Part shown: positions 28,441-38,527 of the stretch, piece after piece | Layout: every line of letters starts with the position of its first letter | Numbering within the stretch: position 1 is the stretch's first letter | From: Candidatus Dormiibacterota bacterium | GTDB lineage: Bacteria; Chloroflexota; Dormibacteria; CF-121 | DNA: 64,000 bases | Reading direction: 5' to 3' | Assembly: GCA_035544955.1 (NCBI GenBank) | Contig: DASZZN010000014.1 | Location: forward strand, 196,811-260,810 | Notes under the pieces: generated by a model | What the model was told of the DNA's origin: nothing | Seen by the model: only the letters and a program-made list of their open reading frames with translations | Databases searched by the model: none | Position numbers and translations under genes: made by a program

Positions 28441-28922
28441 GAATGATGAGGGCCCCTTGATGACAGAGGATGACGATCTGCCCGCCAGTCTCGATCACGT
28501 GAAAGCCGCGCTTTCTGGCCTCTGCGATGACGATGTCCAGGGAGCCGTACGTATCGACACCTTCTCTTGCTCGACGCACGACTCCGCCGTTAGCCGATTG
28601 TGCCTTAAAGATCGCGGCGACGTATCGCTCTCGAGCCCCCAAAATCCTCGTCCTTCCTCAGCGGTGAGTCTACATCTCCTGCTACGGCCGTTAACCCGAA
28701 AACGACCTTCCTGCTGAGCTAAAACGGCGGCAATTGGCCGTCAAAATGGTCGTCGGGCCCCGGCGCTCGAGGTCGTCAAACGACGAGCGCTGGTGCAGAG
28801 GGTGTGGCTAAGCTGATTCGCATGGCACGAGCCACCAGCCGTCGGAAACCATTGGAGCGGGCGTTTGAGCGCAACCTCACCGTCGGCCGCCTCGCATCCC
28901 TGACCGGTCATCTCACGGCGCA

Positions 28923-29924
28923 ATGGAGCCCCATCCGGAAATTCTTGCTCGATCACATATCCTCGACGCTGCCTGTCGCAGTCAGGGCCCGCTTAAGGGC
29001 GTGGAGGCACTCACGGAGCCGGGCATGGAGTCCTGGGAGCACGCGCTGGTGGGCACGGCGCTCGACTACCGCATCCGATACAGCTTCGCCGTGACGGCGG
29101 CTGAGCACCTTCTGGCTGGTAAAGCGGCCACTCAGTTACTGGGCGCTGTCTTGGCGAACGGCCGCCTTGTGCGCCGTGCTCTGGGTACGAACGTGGTGCT
29201 CGATATTCAGGCTCTGCGCGACGAGGGGATGGAGATAGCAGAGGTGCCAGTCCCCATGTTGCACGCCGTACAGGAATTCATGGCCGGGCTCGATAGTGCC
29301 GTGTACGCCCTGAATCCAGTGAATCGGCGCCTTGACGATGCGAATGAAGAGCTGTTGGCACGCTACTGCCTTGTGCTCGCTAATCTCGATGCCGTCTTCC
29401 GGGCTGCTGTCATCCCTCGGCCATTCATTGAGCCGAGGGTATGCGCCACGTCAGCGGATCTCCTCGCCACCGCGCGGCCTGCCTGGCTTCGAGACATGCG
29501 TGCCCTGACCGCTAAGTTCGTTGACACCACCGCCTCGGATGGGTTCCTAGAGTTGCCCGCAGTGTTAAACTCGACCTTTGTCGGCTCGGCGGATATGGCT
29601 GCCGACGCCGATCTCATCGTCGACGCATGTCTCGTTGAGGTCAAGTGCACCGTCGATCCCGGCCGCGGCCTGGTCCAGACGCTCGCCCAGCTGCTTGGCT
29701 ACGTTCTCCTCGATTATGAGGATCAGTACAAGATCGACTCGGCGGCCATCTACTTCGCGCGGCAGGGACGCCTGCTCAGATGGTCGCTAGCCGAACTGAT
29801 GGGCGGCGCCGTGACTCAAAACGGGCTCCGCGCCTTGCGAGCGGAGTTCCGCGAGCTCCTGAGGAGACTGGGCTCCAAGACGCGATCTGGGTGGGCTAAG
29901 CCCTCATCAACTTCCCAAGCATAG
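28923..29924 (+). CDS. Hypothetical protein (333 aa)
   Basis: Long ORF, no recognised motif. An upstream alternative frame (28804..29094) makes the start uncertain. Confidence 0.4.
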   Translation: MEPHPEILARSHILDAACRSQGPLKGVEALTEPGMESWEHALVGTALDYRIRYSFAVTAAEHLLAGKAATQLLGAVLANGRLVRRALGTNVVLDIQALRDEGMEIAEVPVPMLHAVQEFMAGLDSAVYALNPVNRRLDDANEELLARYCLVLANLDAVFRAAVIPRPFIEPRVCATSADLLATARPAWLRDMRALTAKFVDTTASDGFLELPAVLNSTFVGSADMAADADLIVDACLVEVKCTVDPGRGLVQTLAQLLGYVLLDYEDQYKIDSAAIYFARQGRLLRWSLAELMGGAVTQNGLRALRAEFRELLRRLGSKTRSGWAKPSSTSQA

Positions 29925-30166
29925 CCTTGGTAACTCCGACTGGAATCCCTCTCCCTCCGCCAGCATCTGAATGCGAACGAGCTACCGGGATTGTTGCTTT
30001 GCATGGCGGTCGAGACCCGGAGTTCGCCTATGAACGGCGTCGAGAGGCAATCCGGCGTCTACGAATGGAATCGCCACGACGAGCGCCTGCAGTGGTGGCA
30101 GTGAGGCATAGATCTCTTCGGCACGACGTAGCGCTGCGCCAACGGCTCCGGGCTGCTCTTCCGAAG

Positions 30167-30430
30167 TCATGATCGTTTCTCCTTTGGCTCCAACACTTGC
30201 TCGCGCCCGGTCTCGCCATCGACTAACACCAACTGGAACAGGTCCTCGAACCGGCAGGCGAAATATTTGACGAGTTGCTCCTGAAGCTTCGGGCCGGCAC
30301 GGCGGGTGCCGGCCTCGATGGCGGGAATGTAATTCTGGGAGATGCCGAGATCGTGAGCCAGCTTGCGCTGGGTAAGGCCCTTCTTCTCCCGCATCGTCTT
30401 GAGGCCGACAGCTCGGACCTCGACCTTCAC
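30167..30430 (-). CDS. XRE-family (Cro/C1-type) HTH transcriptional regulator
   Basis: KKGLTQRKLAHDLGISQNYIPAIEAGTRRAGPKLQEQLVKYF, the canonical HTH_3 signature. 87 aa. Confidence 0.75.
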   Translation of the reverse strand: MKVEVRAVGLKTMREKKGLTQRKLAHDLGISQNYIPAIEAGTRRAGPKLQEQLVKYFACRFEDLFQLVLVDGETGREQVLEPKEKRS

Positions 30431-30439
30431 TTAGCCAAC

Positions 30440-30679
30440 CTAACGTTGTGCATGCTGGGCAGCGACGACAGCACAAGCCCCCAGGTCGCCTCTGTTGCAC
30501 TTGCCTTCTGCCGTGTCATAGACCAAGAAATACCAAGCGAGTCCACCTGCGACAGCGCCTGCCAACAGCAACCCCCTGAGAATGTCCCGATAGGGCTGAA
30601 GGCGTTTGACCCTCGTGCTAAAGACGACAAACAGCACGGCAGCCGCAAATAGCAGTAAGAGTGCTGTTTCGGCGTCCAC
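30440..30679 (-). CDS. Small membrane protein, member of a local paralog family (WYFxVYDTAEGKCNRGDLGAC motif)
   Basis: One TM helix followed by AWYFLVYDTAEGKCNRGDLGACAVV. The motif is shared with the next gene. Confidence 0.45.
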   Translation of the reverse strand: MDAETALLLLFAAAVLFVVFSTRVKRLQPYRDILRGLLLAGAVAGGLAWYFLVYDTAEGKCNRGDLGACAVVAAQHAQR

Positions 30680-30720
30680 CGCCTAAACCTGCATCGCAGT
30701 GGCGCGCTTGGTCCTTTGGC

Positions 30721-31320
30721 TCAGGGTTGCCACCTCGGCAGGTTGCCAGCGCTGAGAGTTTGGCAGTCCTGCTGCCCATATATTTGCCCACCTGTGTCGG
30801 TCACGGTCATGATGTCTGTGTTAGACCACGGCATTTGACACACCTGGGTCGCACCGTCAACACCTGCGGCCGCTGCCCATCCGGATTGCACGAGCTGTTG
30901 GCATATGCTCTGCTCGGCCGTTGATGACCGAACCGTGATCCGAACGTTGTGCGAACCATCCCCTGGCCCGACCGTGCAACTGATTGGCATGCCGGCAATT
31001 GACGCCTGCGCGCTTGCCGCGACAGCGGCTTCACTCTCCTGGACGCTTGCAGCGACGGCAGCCGCGCTGGCCGATACCACCGCCGCGCTCGCTGACGCTT
31101 CTGCCGATTGCTTGGCATAGACGACAAGGCATGCACCGAGGTCGCCACGGTTGCACTTCCCCTCGGCGGTGTCGTATACGCCGAAGTACCATGCGGCCCC
31201 GAGGGCGAGCACCAGGACCGCCCCGCCCATCCACCAGCCACGCCCGCCGGTCCCACCGCCACCGGTGGCAGCCGGCGTCGGGCGATACCCGGGGGGAGGG
31301 AACGGCGGGTCGTTGCTCAA
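30721..31320 (-). CDS. Membrane-anchored/secreted protein, paralog family member
   Basis: Pro/Gly-rich N-terminus, a TM helix, then AWYFGVYDTAEGKCNRGDLGACLVV. The C-terminal ...TDTGGQIYGQQDCQ is shared with the 31317..31982 protein. Confidence 0.5.
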   Translation of the reverse strand: MSNDPPFPPPGYRPTPAATGGGGTGGRGWWMGGAVLVLALGAAWYFGVYDTAEGKCNRGDLGACLVVYAKQSAEASASAAVVSASAAAVAASVQESEAAVAASAQASIAGMPISCTVGPGDGSHNVRITVRSSTAEQSICQQLVQSGWAAAAGVDGATQVCQMPWSNTDIMTVTDTGGQIYGQQDCQTLSAGNLPRWQP

Positions 31321-31982
31321 CGTGCCGACAGTTGATTGACGAGCGCACAGCCCTGGCGCCCGTAAACCTGGCCTCCACTATCGAAAACGCCCCAGACGAC
31401 TCCGGCGTGGCTCGTACCGGAGCAAATCGATGTAAGCCCAGCGGCGGGCGCCGTGGCGGTGGACTTAAACCAGTTGCCATCCGTCTGGGTGACCTTCGAG
31501 CACCAGTCGTTCGCGCCAGGACCGTTGAAGCTCACCGTCGCATCGTGGCCCTGATAGACGAGTAGGCAGAGTGCGGCGGGAGGTTGAAGCACCACATCGA
31601 TATTGGGCGTCGTGATTCCGGCCTGGACCGGCACCGGCGAACCGAAGGCGCCTCCAGCGTCACCCGGCGCGTCGGTGTAGACCTCGACGGAATAGCTCCC
31701 CGGCGCCAGGCCATCAACCCGATAAGCGCCCTCTGCGCCATGCCACGTTGTGACTGGCGTGCCGTCCGAGCGCTTCACGTTTACGGTGACAGGTGGTGGA
31801 GCGCAGCCAGCGAACGGAACCACGCCGCAGTCGATATTCGCCCAAACAGCCGTGCCCGCGATGGCACCCGTGCTGGCAGTGCCGCCCGTGGCCGCAGTCG
31901 ACCCTGCGCCAGTCTGGGGCGTACCGGTCTCGCAAGCGGCCAAGAGGAGCGCGGCGACACCGATGAGAGTCGCCTTTTTCAC
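31317..31982 (-). CDS. Lipoprotein, paralog family member
   Basis: Preferred GTG start at 31982 gives MKKATLIGVAALLLAAC|ETG (lipobox). The C-terminal VFDSGGQVYGRQGCALV is homologous to the C-terminus of 30721..31320. The upstream extension of the ORF to 32324 looks spurious. Confidence 0.5.
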   Translation of the reverse strand: MKKATLIGVAALLLAACETGTPQTGAGSTAATGGTASTGAIAGTAVWANIDCGVVPFAGCAPPPVTVNVKRSDGTPVTTWHGAEGAYRVDGLAPGSYSVEVYTDAPGDAGGAFGSPVPVQAGITTPNIDVVLQPPAALCLLVYQGHDATVSFNGPGANDWCSKVTQTDGNWFKSTATAPAAGLTSICSGTSHAGVVWGVFDSGGQVYGRQGCALVNQLSAR

Positions 31983-32936
31983 GGTCTGGCCAGCCCCCGT
32001 CCCTCCGTGCACAACTATGCTCTCGATTCCCGTTCCTGTCCAGAGCCGTCCGGCATAGCCGAACCGCCTCGAAGGGTCCGGGACGGGCTCTGAGTTAGCG
32101 AACCTGGAGCTACGCGGCTGCCATAGGACGCGGAGCCGGTGCGCCAGTGGCGTGCGCTTCGACCGGTGCCACCAGGACGCTATGTGTATACCTTCCACGC
32201 CGTGATGAACTGCCTCGCTTTGGTCGCCGTAAACGCCTCCGCGTCTGCAACTCCACGCCTCTAGCGCTGACGCCGCCCCGCGTGGAATGTCCGCTAACCT
32301 TGCCTCAAAGGAAGGTGGTACCAAGTGCCAGTAAAAATCAAGTCGATGGAGACCGCGCCCAACGGGACAGTTAGCGTCAAGCTCTCGTTTCCCGACAGCG
32401 AGCTAGATAAGTTCCTGACCTGGTACGCGAGCGGCAACGGCAATCCTAAGAGGCGTCGCAGTCCAGCCGCCAGCCGCAAGGCGGTTCGTACCAGGAGGAA
32501 AAACGCAGCCGCCAAGTAAGAGACGCGTTCGACGTTCGGGAAGCTCGGTGGCAAAGCCCCCCGCTACCGGGCTTCGCTCTTTCAGGCCTAAACAAAGCCC
32601 GCTCAGTCAAGATCACTCCGGTTCGCTGTGCGCCGGGGACAGGGCCGTGCTCACCGAGCTCCGCCATCTCTTGGGCCAAAACCTCCCCCAATGCTCGGGG
32701 AGCGCGCCTCGCCGAGTCGCCTGCCTCCAGTCCTTGGAGGTCGCCCGTCACTAGGATTGCATCTAGCTTTGAGGCGAGGCTGTCCACCACGGCTCGGACC
32801 ACCGCAGGATTCGAGTCTCGGGGCCCTGTCGGCGTGGTCCCGCGTTCTCTAAGAGAATCTCGTGCCTGGGCGACCACAGCAGTCGGAGCCATTCGGATGA
32901 TCGAAGCGCTTAGTCCAACGTGCGTAAGTAGCTCAG

Positions 32937-33908
32937 ATGCGGCCTGTGATCAAGCTCTACCTTGACAGCAGCGTCATAGAGCCGATTGCCCAGCAGAGTG
33001 CCGGCAACAGGATCAAGGCCTTGCTCCAACAGAGGGGCGCGGTCGTCTTTGCCTCGATGCAGAATCTAGTCGAGGCCTGGCGTATTCCCGATCCGGCAAC
33101 GCGAGGGCGATTCGTGCGCGCCATTCTGCAGGTAGCGCGTACTCGCGAAGTAGATCCTATGTTGCATGGCCTTGTCGTACCAGTGATAAATGAGCTCCGC
33201 CGCAACCAGCATCACGAGTGGTTGCTACCCCAGCCTCGACACACGCACCTGCATGACCTGCGAATCCTGCACCATTCCATTTGGGAGCGCTTAAAAGCGG
33301 ACCCCGCAGCCCTCCCTGACAACCCAAGAGCGATGGAAGCGTTCGTCTACCACAATGTCGGCGACGCCATGCAACTCCAGCGTCTTCGGCGACAGGCCAT
33401 GAAAGCCGGGCCGGTTGCAAGCCCCCTTCTGAGCAAAGCAATGTCGGCGCGGCTACAGCCAATGATCGACAGGGTTTCAGAGGCCGAGGCATATTGGCGG
33501 CAGTCCGCAGCCTCGACATGGTGGAACAGCTTCTTCAATCCATCGCCCGGCTCGTTCGAGTTGCGCAATTGGCTGGCGGAATATCTGATACCAGAGCGGT
33601 TGGAATTGGAATCGTGGATGACGTTCTGGCTGGTCGAAGCCGACCGTGACGCGCTGATACTCGAGCGCGTGTACGGTTTCTTCGACTTCTTCCAGTCTCA
33701 TTTGAAGGTCGACTCGGGTAATTGGGGGGACCTTAATCATGTGGGTTTCGCCGTAGGACGCGATTACTTCTTGACAGCGGATAAGCAATTTAATGCCGTC
33801 ATGGAGAGAGTGCGGAATCAGCCAGATACTCCTATCGCGAGGCCAGTGCTAATCGATCGGGCCTCGACCGACATTGTGAGCGAAATTAGATCAGGACTAG
33901 GATGGTGA
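32937..33908 (+). CDS. Hypothetical protein (323 aa)
   Basis: ORF with N-terminal IKLYLDSSVIEP, faintly PIN-like. No confident assignment. Confidence 0.4.
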   Translation: MRPVIKLYLDSSVIEPIAQQSAGNRIKALLQQRGAVVFASMQNLVEAWRIPDPATRGRFVRAILQVARTREVDPMLHGLVVPVINELRRNQHHEWLLPQPRHTHLHDLRILHHSIWERLKADPAALPDNPRAMEAFVYHNVGDAMQLQRLRRQAMKAGPVASPLLSKAMSARLQPMIDRVSEAEAYWRQSAASTWWNSFFNPSPGSFELRNWLAEYLIPERLELESWMTFWLVEADRDALILERVYGFFDFFQSHLKVDSGNWGDLNHVGFAVGRDYFLTADKQFNAVMERVRNQPDTPIARPVLIDRASTDIVSEIRSGLGW

Positions 33909-34444
33909 AGTAGGAGGATTCGTTTTCTGCTCCCGAGGGTTCGCAGGCCGTCGATCTCGAGGCGTTGCTAGTTTGTCGCTAATCAGCTAATCTGCGGTGC
34001 CGAAATCCCGATCTACAGGACCGGCCCTGGCGCGGCTGACCCGCTGTTTACAAATCAGACGGCAATTGAATTCAACTTGAGATTTGGGCTTTCCATGTAT
34101 TCGTAACGCTTCCATATGGTCTCAGGTGTTCCTTCGGGTTGGCTACAAAATTGGCTACAGTAAATCGAGCCCAAAATCCCGCGCGTGGTGAGCATTTCGT
34201 TCTTCGTCTCGACCTTCATCTGGATGAGGTGGGATGATCGAGGCGGCCGGACGAAGTCTTGACTTCGCTTAACAGCTCAAACGGCGTCCTCCGGCGGCCA
34301 GGGCGCCGACAACCGTCACAGCATCCGAGGCGTTGCCCCTTTGCCTCCACACGCGGCGCCGGAGCCCGCCGTCGGAGGTTTGGCGTCGGAGGACGGTCAG
34401 GCCGGCTGAGGGCCGGTGCGCGATTTCGTCTCGGGGGCTCAATT

Positions 34445-34470
34445 GGAACCTTTCCGGGCCGACCGCGTCT
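34445..34470 (+). promoter_or_regulatory. ECF-sigma-type promoter GGAAC-N16-CGTCT upstream of the first ECF sigma gene (likely autoregulatory)
   Basis: ttGGAACctttccgggccgaccgCGTCTcag lies ~90 nt upstream of the sigma gene start. It matches the canonical sigE/sigW-type -35/-10 with a 16-nt spacer. Confidence 0.45.
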
Positions 34471-34555
34471 CAGACATGCCAGCCATCTGAGGTGACACGG
34501 ATTTGCCCTTCCGAGCGTATATACAGTTGACGCCAAATGGGGGGACGACCTCGAG

Positions 34556-35065
34556 GTGACGGCTGATGACCGGGAAAGCGATCGAAACCGCTTTGAGGAT
34601 CTGCTGGTCCCGCTCGTCAAGCCAGGCTTCCGGCTTGCCTTCGCCATGCTCCAGAGCCGTGAAGAGGCAGAAGACGCGGTTCAGGAGTCAGCTTTGAAGG
34701 CGTGGAGGAATTTTCGGAACTTTCGGGCCGGGTCCGACATGGGCCCATGGTTCCTCACGATCGTTGCCAACCAGTGCCGCTCCGTCCGACGAACACACAG
34801 ATGGTCGGCTGTCTTAGTGTCGGACGAACATGTCTTCATCAACGTCGATGAGGAACGGCTGGCTCAGGGCGCGGACCTCCGTCGGGCGCTGAACGGGCTT
34901 CCTCACGCAAAGCGGCTGGTCGTTGTGCTCCATTTCTACTTGGACCTTCCATTCGATCAGATTGGCAAGATCATCGGCACTTCAGAACAAGCCGCAAAAA
35001 CCCGCATGTATAGAGCGCTTCGAGACTTACGACCCAAGCTCAATGTAAGCGAGGCGGTTACATGA
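34556..35065 (+). CDS. ECF (sigma-70 family, group 4) RNA polymerase sigma factor
   Basis: Region 2 (DAVQESALKAWRNFRNFR...WFLTIVANQ) and region 4 HTH (LPHAKRLVVVLHFYLDLPFDQIGKIIGTSEQAAKTRMYRALRDLR). Confidence 0.85.
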   Translation: MTADDRESDRNRFEDLLVPLVKPGFRLAFAMLQSREEAEDAVQESALKAWRNFRNFRAGSDMGPWFLTIVANQCRSVRRTHRWSAVLVSDEHVFINVDEERLAQGADLRRALNGLPHAKRLVVVLHFYLDLPFDQIGKIIGTSEQAAKTRMYRALRDLRPKLNVSEAVT

Positions 35066-36390
35066 TCGAAGACCTGATCCGTGATCGAATGCACGAGGCC
35101 CTTGATATCGCCTTGCCTAGTCCAGATCTCGAGAGAAGGGTCGTCGCTGCGGTGCGGGCGCATTCCGAGGCGCCTATCCGACCCTCGTGGAGGCTCCAAG
35201 TGGCCGCGGCGCTGGCGATCGTGGTCCTAGGTCTGGGATTTGGCGCCGTTCTGCGGAGCATACGACACTCCGTGCCGAATGCCTTGGCGAGTCCACGGCC
35301 GTCGCCCACAGTCGCTGCAAACTCTCAATCATCCAGTCTTTCTCCGATCCACTTCGTCGGAACATCCACCTTGCGCTTGATCAATCGGTCCCACGGTTGG
35401 GCGATCACGACGACTCAAATTCTCTCAACCAGTGATGGTGGACTGCATTGGACCAACCGAACGCCTCTCGGGTTTTCCACATCGTCGATCCGCGGAGCGT
35501 TCTTTCTAGACAACACTCACGCATGGCTCGCAGCTGCCGCGAATGGAAGCCTCGTCTTGTACAGAACGGCTGATGGTGGGATGAGTTGGACTACATCAAG
35601 GCTTGCACCCCTGAACACCGCATATACGGAACGGTCGGCACCAGCCTACGTCGATTTCGCCGACAGCCAACATGGCTGGGTGGTCATGGTCTGTGCGACT
35701 GCCTGCCCCTTTGCCGAGCTATACCGAACGACCGACGGAGGGGTTACCTGGGTCAAGCTTTCAATCCCTGAGGGGAATCCCATCCGCTTTGCCAGCCCAT
35801 CCGACGGATGGACATACACGGGTTCCGACCACGGGCAACTCTACGTTACTCATGATGCCGGCGCCAGCTGGCAGTCCGAACATCTCGCATCACCACCCGG
35901 ATTCGAAACCTGGCAACCGGGCTATGAGCTTCCAACCTTTACAGACAGGCTCGATGGGGTCTTGCCGGTCCAACTCCTCTCACAGAAGGCCTTCACCGTT
36001 AGTTTTTACGTGACCAGCGATGGCGGGCGAACATGGAGATCCAAGCAGACCTTGCCTGCGCTCAGCACTTCGCCAATGGAACTACCGGAGATTGATGTCG
36101 TCAGCACGAACCTTTGGATCGCGGTGTACCGCAACCAGATTCTCAGGACCGAGGACAGAGGTCAGACTTGGTCAGCAGTATCGACCAGCGGCGGTCCTAC
36201 GTCCGAGGTCGACTTTGTTAATGGCCAGGCTGGGTGGGGACGCATGGAGCGCTCCGAGGGAAACTGCGGCATCGTCGATGGCGTATTCCCCAACGGGACG
36301 CCGCCGCAAAACTGCAAGCAATTCGCCGATCTGTTGGGGACGACCGATGGGGGTAGAACATGGACGAAGATCGATCTAGTGACCAGCTAA
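35062..36390 (+). CDS. Putative membrane-anchored anti-sigma factor with extracytoplasmic BNR/Asp-box (SxDxGxTW) repeat domain
   Basis: Start overlaps the sigma gene stop (ATGA). One TM helix (VAAALAIVVLGLGFGAVL). Seven Asp-box-like repeats (SDGGLHWT, TADGGMSWT, TTDGGVTWV, THDAGASWQ, SDGGRTWR, TEDRGQTWS, TTDGGRTWT). Confidence 0.65.
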   Translation: MIEDLIRDRMHEALDIALPSPDLERRVVAAVRAHSEAPIRPSWRLQVAAALAIVVLGLGFGAVLRSIRHSVPNALASPRPSPTVAANSQSSSLSPIHFVGTSTLRLINRSHGWAITTTQILSTSDGGLHWTNRTPLGFSTSSIRGAFFLDNTHAWLAAAANGSLVLYRTADGGMSWTTSRLAPLNTAYTERSAPAYVDFADSQHGWVVMVCATACPFAELYRTTDGGVTWVKLSIPEGNPIRFASPSDGWTYTGSDHGQLYVTHDAGASWQSEHLASPPGFETWQPGYELPTFTDRLDGVLPVQLLSQKAFTVSFYVTSDGGRTWRSKQTLPALSTSPMELPEIDVVSTNLWIAVYRNQILRTEDRGQTWSAVSTSGGPTSEVDFVNGQAGWGRMERSEGNCGIVDGVFPNGTPPQNCKQFADLLGTTDGGRTWTKIDLVTS

Positions 36391-36764
36391 GCGCCGGCGC
36401 GACGCCGCCGGTACCGGGGCAATATTTTGAGGCCACGCTGCATGTGCCAGCCACCGGCGTTGTCGGCCACGCGCTCAATTACGAAGTGACCTTGAGAAGC
36501 GTGTACAGCCGCAGGAAGGAACTCGCCCGGTACAGCGGCGACCGCCGGCGTGTCGACATGCCTCGGTGGAGTTCGTTGATCAAGTCCTCACTCCGATAGT
36601 CGAGCAGGCGCCATGCCATGAGCACCCGTAGTGCTGGCCGAACGATGACGCCTACTGGCCGGTTTAGAGCGGAGAGCTCGGATGACCCTAATCCGATCAG
36701 ATAGCGGTTGAAACGATCCAACTCCTCAGCCGTTGTATAGGCAATCCGACTAGTAGGAGATGGC

Positions 36765-37289
36765 GTGCGAGCAGCCGGTGGCGATGGTCTCGAGTTCGAG
36801 AAGCTCTATCGCGAGCTCTATCCGCTCGTCGTCCGGACGGTCTTCCTCGTCATCTTCGACCGAGATGTCGCGCAGGAGATTACACATGATGCGTTTCTTC
36901 GACTCTGGCAGCGCCGAGAGCGGCTCGGGGAAAACGCCAATATTCGAGCCTGGCTTATGAAAGTAGCCGTAAACCTAGCAATCGACCACAAACGGGCGTT
37001 TCTAACAGCCCTTAAGGAGCGATTGGTGCCGACGCCCAGCGAAGATCCGGCACACACGGCGCTGCGCAATTTGCAACGAGATGAGATGAGACGTGCTCTG
37101 GTGGCGTTGCCGGCTCGAGACCGTGCCCTCCTCGTTCTTCGATTTGAACAGGGACTCAGCTTCCCCGAGATTGGACAGATTCTGACCCGACCAGAGCCGA
37201 CGGTAAAAACTTGGCTACACCGCGCCCTTGACCGCCTTCAACGGCAGCTCGGCGACGCCGAGGCAGGCCGAATGGTGGAGGAGGGATGA
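36765..37289 (+). CDS. ECF RNA polymerase sigma factor (second copy)
   Basis: Region 2 (EITHDAFLRLWQRRERL) and region 4 (LPARDRALLVLRFEQGLSFPEIGQILTRPEPTVKTWLHRALDRLQ). A GAAAC-N16-CGTTG element lies ~40 nt upstream. Confidence 0.85.
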   Translation: MRAAGGDGLEFEKLYRELYPLVVRTVFLVIFDRDVAQEITHDAFLRLWQRRERLGENANIRAWLMKVAVNLAIDHKRAFLTALKERLVPTPSEDPAHTALRNLQRDEMRRALVALPARDRALLVLRFEQGLSFPEIGQILTRPEPTVKTWLHRALDRLQRQLGDAEAGRMVEEG

Positions 37290-38527
37290 TGGACCGGCGC
37301 GAGCGGTTGATTAACCGATTGACGGCTTTCTATCAAGAAGCAGGAAGCGAAGCACCATCGTCGCCTCCCCCCTGGGCAGTTGAGGCGCGCCACAAGGTTA
37401 GTTGGCTGCAGCCGGTGCTCGCCAGCGTGGCGTTAGCCCTCCTTGTCATCGGAGCCGTGGTCGGGCTGCGGATGGCCCGACAGCAGGCGAACCGGATTAC
37501 CGCGAAGCCCACGCCAACCGTGCTGTTCTCTCCCTCAGCGCAGCCCACAGCTTCGGCTTCTCCAACACCTTTGTCGAGCTGGATCACCCGCCGGGTTCCC
37601 CTTGCTGGTCAGCTGTACTACGGAATGGCGCTCGATAGTTCAGCAGTTTTCGCGCTTTACACCCCAACAGCGAACAACCCGCACGACACGTCGCAGACGA
37701 CGCTTGCACGGATTGACCGAACAACCGGGCGGGTCGTCACCAACGGGCCCTTCGCGGGAGGGTTCCAGCTGCTCCGAGTGGATGCAGGGCTCTGGGTTGT
37801 CGGAGGCATGAGCGGAGGTCCGACCGTCGATAAGTATTGGATGGATTTGGTGGATCCCGTAACGTTGCAAGTGAAGTCGCGAACCTGGGTACCGGGCCGG
37901 CCGGGCCCAGGCGTATTCGGACTGCCGGAGCTCACGGGCGCCTCGAAACTCCTCTGGTTGGGTTACGGCCAGCAGATTTATCGCCTTGACCCCGCTACCG
38001 GAAAGATCCTGGCGACCGTCAGCTTTTCGGGAACGGTAACCAGTGTTTCACTGGACCCGTCTGGACAGCACCTGTATGTCGGCATCGAACCGACGTCATC
38101 CCAGGACAACCAGGATCAGATCGTCGAACTCGATAGCAATACCGGAGCACGACTGGCTTCCGCGCCAACGGGTGGCGCCGGCCTGGGTGGGCCCCACGTT
38201 GTAGGGTCGGCGGATGGAGTCTGGGTTGCGTATGCGACCGGCATGATGGGGCAAGTGGAGCACCGGAGTGCTTCCAACCTCGCGTTGCTTCCCATACCGT
38301 CACAATTTGGACATACCAATGGAGTCAGCGTCGTCGTGGGTGCAGGCAGCGTGTGGTTTGTCGATGGCGGTGCGCAGCGAGTCGCTTGCGCCGATCCACG
38401 TACCGGAACAATTGCCGCATCCACCGAGCTCCCTTTCCCCACGGTTCTCGTGACCGACTCAAAGGGTACCTACGTGGCCGTCCAAGACGAGGTTGATTTC
38501 CTCCAGCCGAATTCCTGCCCGCATTGA
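37286..38527 (+). CDS. Membrane-anchored putative anti-sigma factor with large extracytoplasmic beta-propeller-like domain
   Basis: Overlaps the sigma gene stop by 4 nt. TM helix LASVALALLVIGAVVGL. Repetitive Gly/Thr-rich C-terminal domain. Confidence 0.5.
   Translation: MMDRRERLINRLTAFYQEAGSEAPSSPPPWAVEARHKVSWLQPVLASVALALLVIGAVVGLRMARQQANRITAKPTPTVLFSPSAQPTASASPTPLSSWITRRVPLAGQLYYGMALDSSAVFALYTPTANNPHDTSQTTLARIDRTTGRVVTNGPFAGGFQLLRVDAGLWVVGGMSGGPTVDKYWMDLVDPVTLQVKSRTWVPGRPGPGVFGLPELTGASKLLWLGYGQQIYRLDPATGKILATVSFSGTVTSVSLDPSGQHLYVGIEPTSSQDNQDQIVELDSNTGARLASAPTGGAGLGGPHVVGSADGVWVAYATGMMGQVEHRSASNLALLPIPSQFGHTNGVSVVVGAGSVWFVDGGAQRVACADPRTGTIAASTELPFPTVLVTDSKGTYVAVQDEVDFLQPNSCPH

Noticed and set aside
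28433-28642. 69-aa ORF adjacent to the lipoprotein gene (possible small toxin/HicA-like?)
   Set aside because: No convincing motif. It overlaps the lipoprotein gene's N-terminus. The evidence is too weak to call.
29982-30500. 172-aa minus-strand ORF overlapping the XRE regulator in another frame
   Set aside because: The XRE gene has a canonical HTH. The overlapping frame is Arg/Pro-rich.
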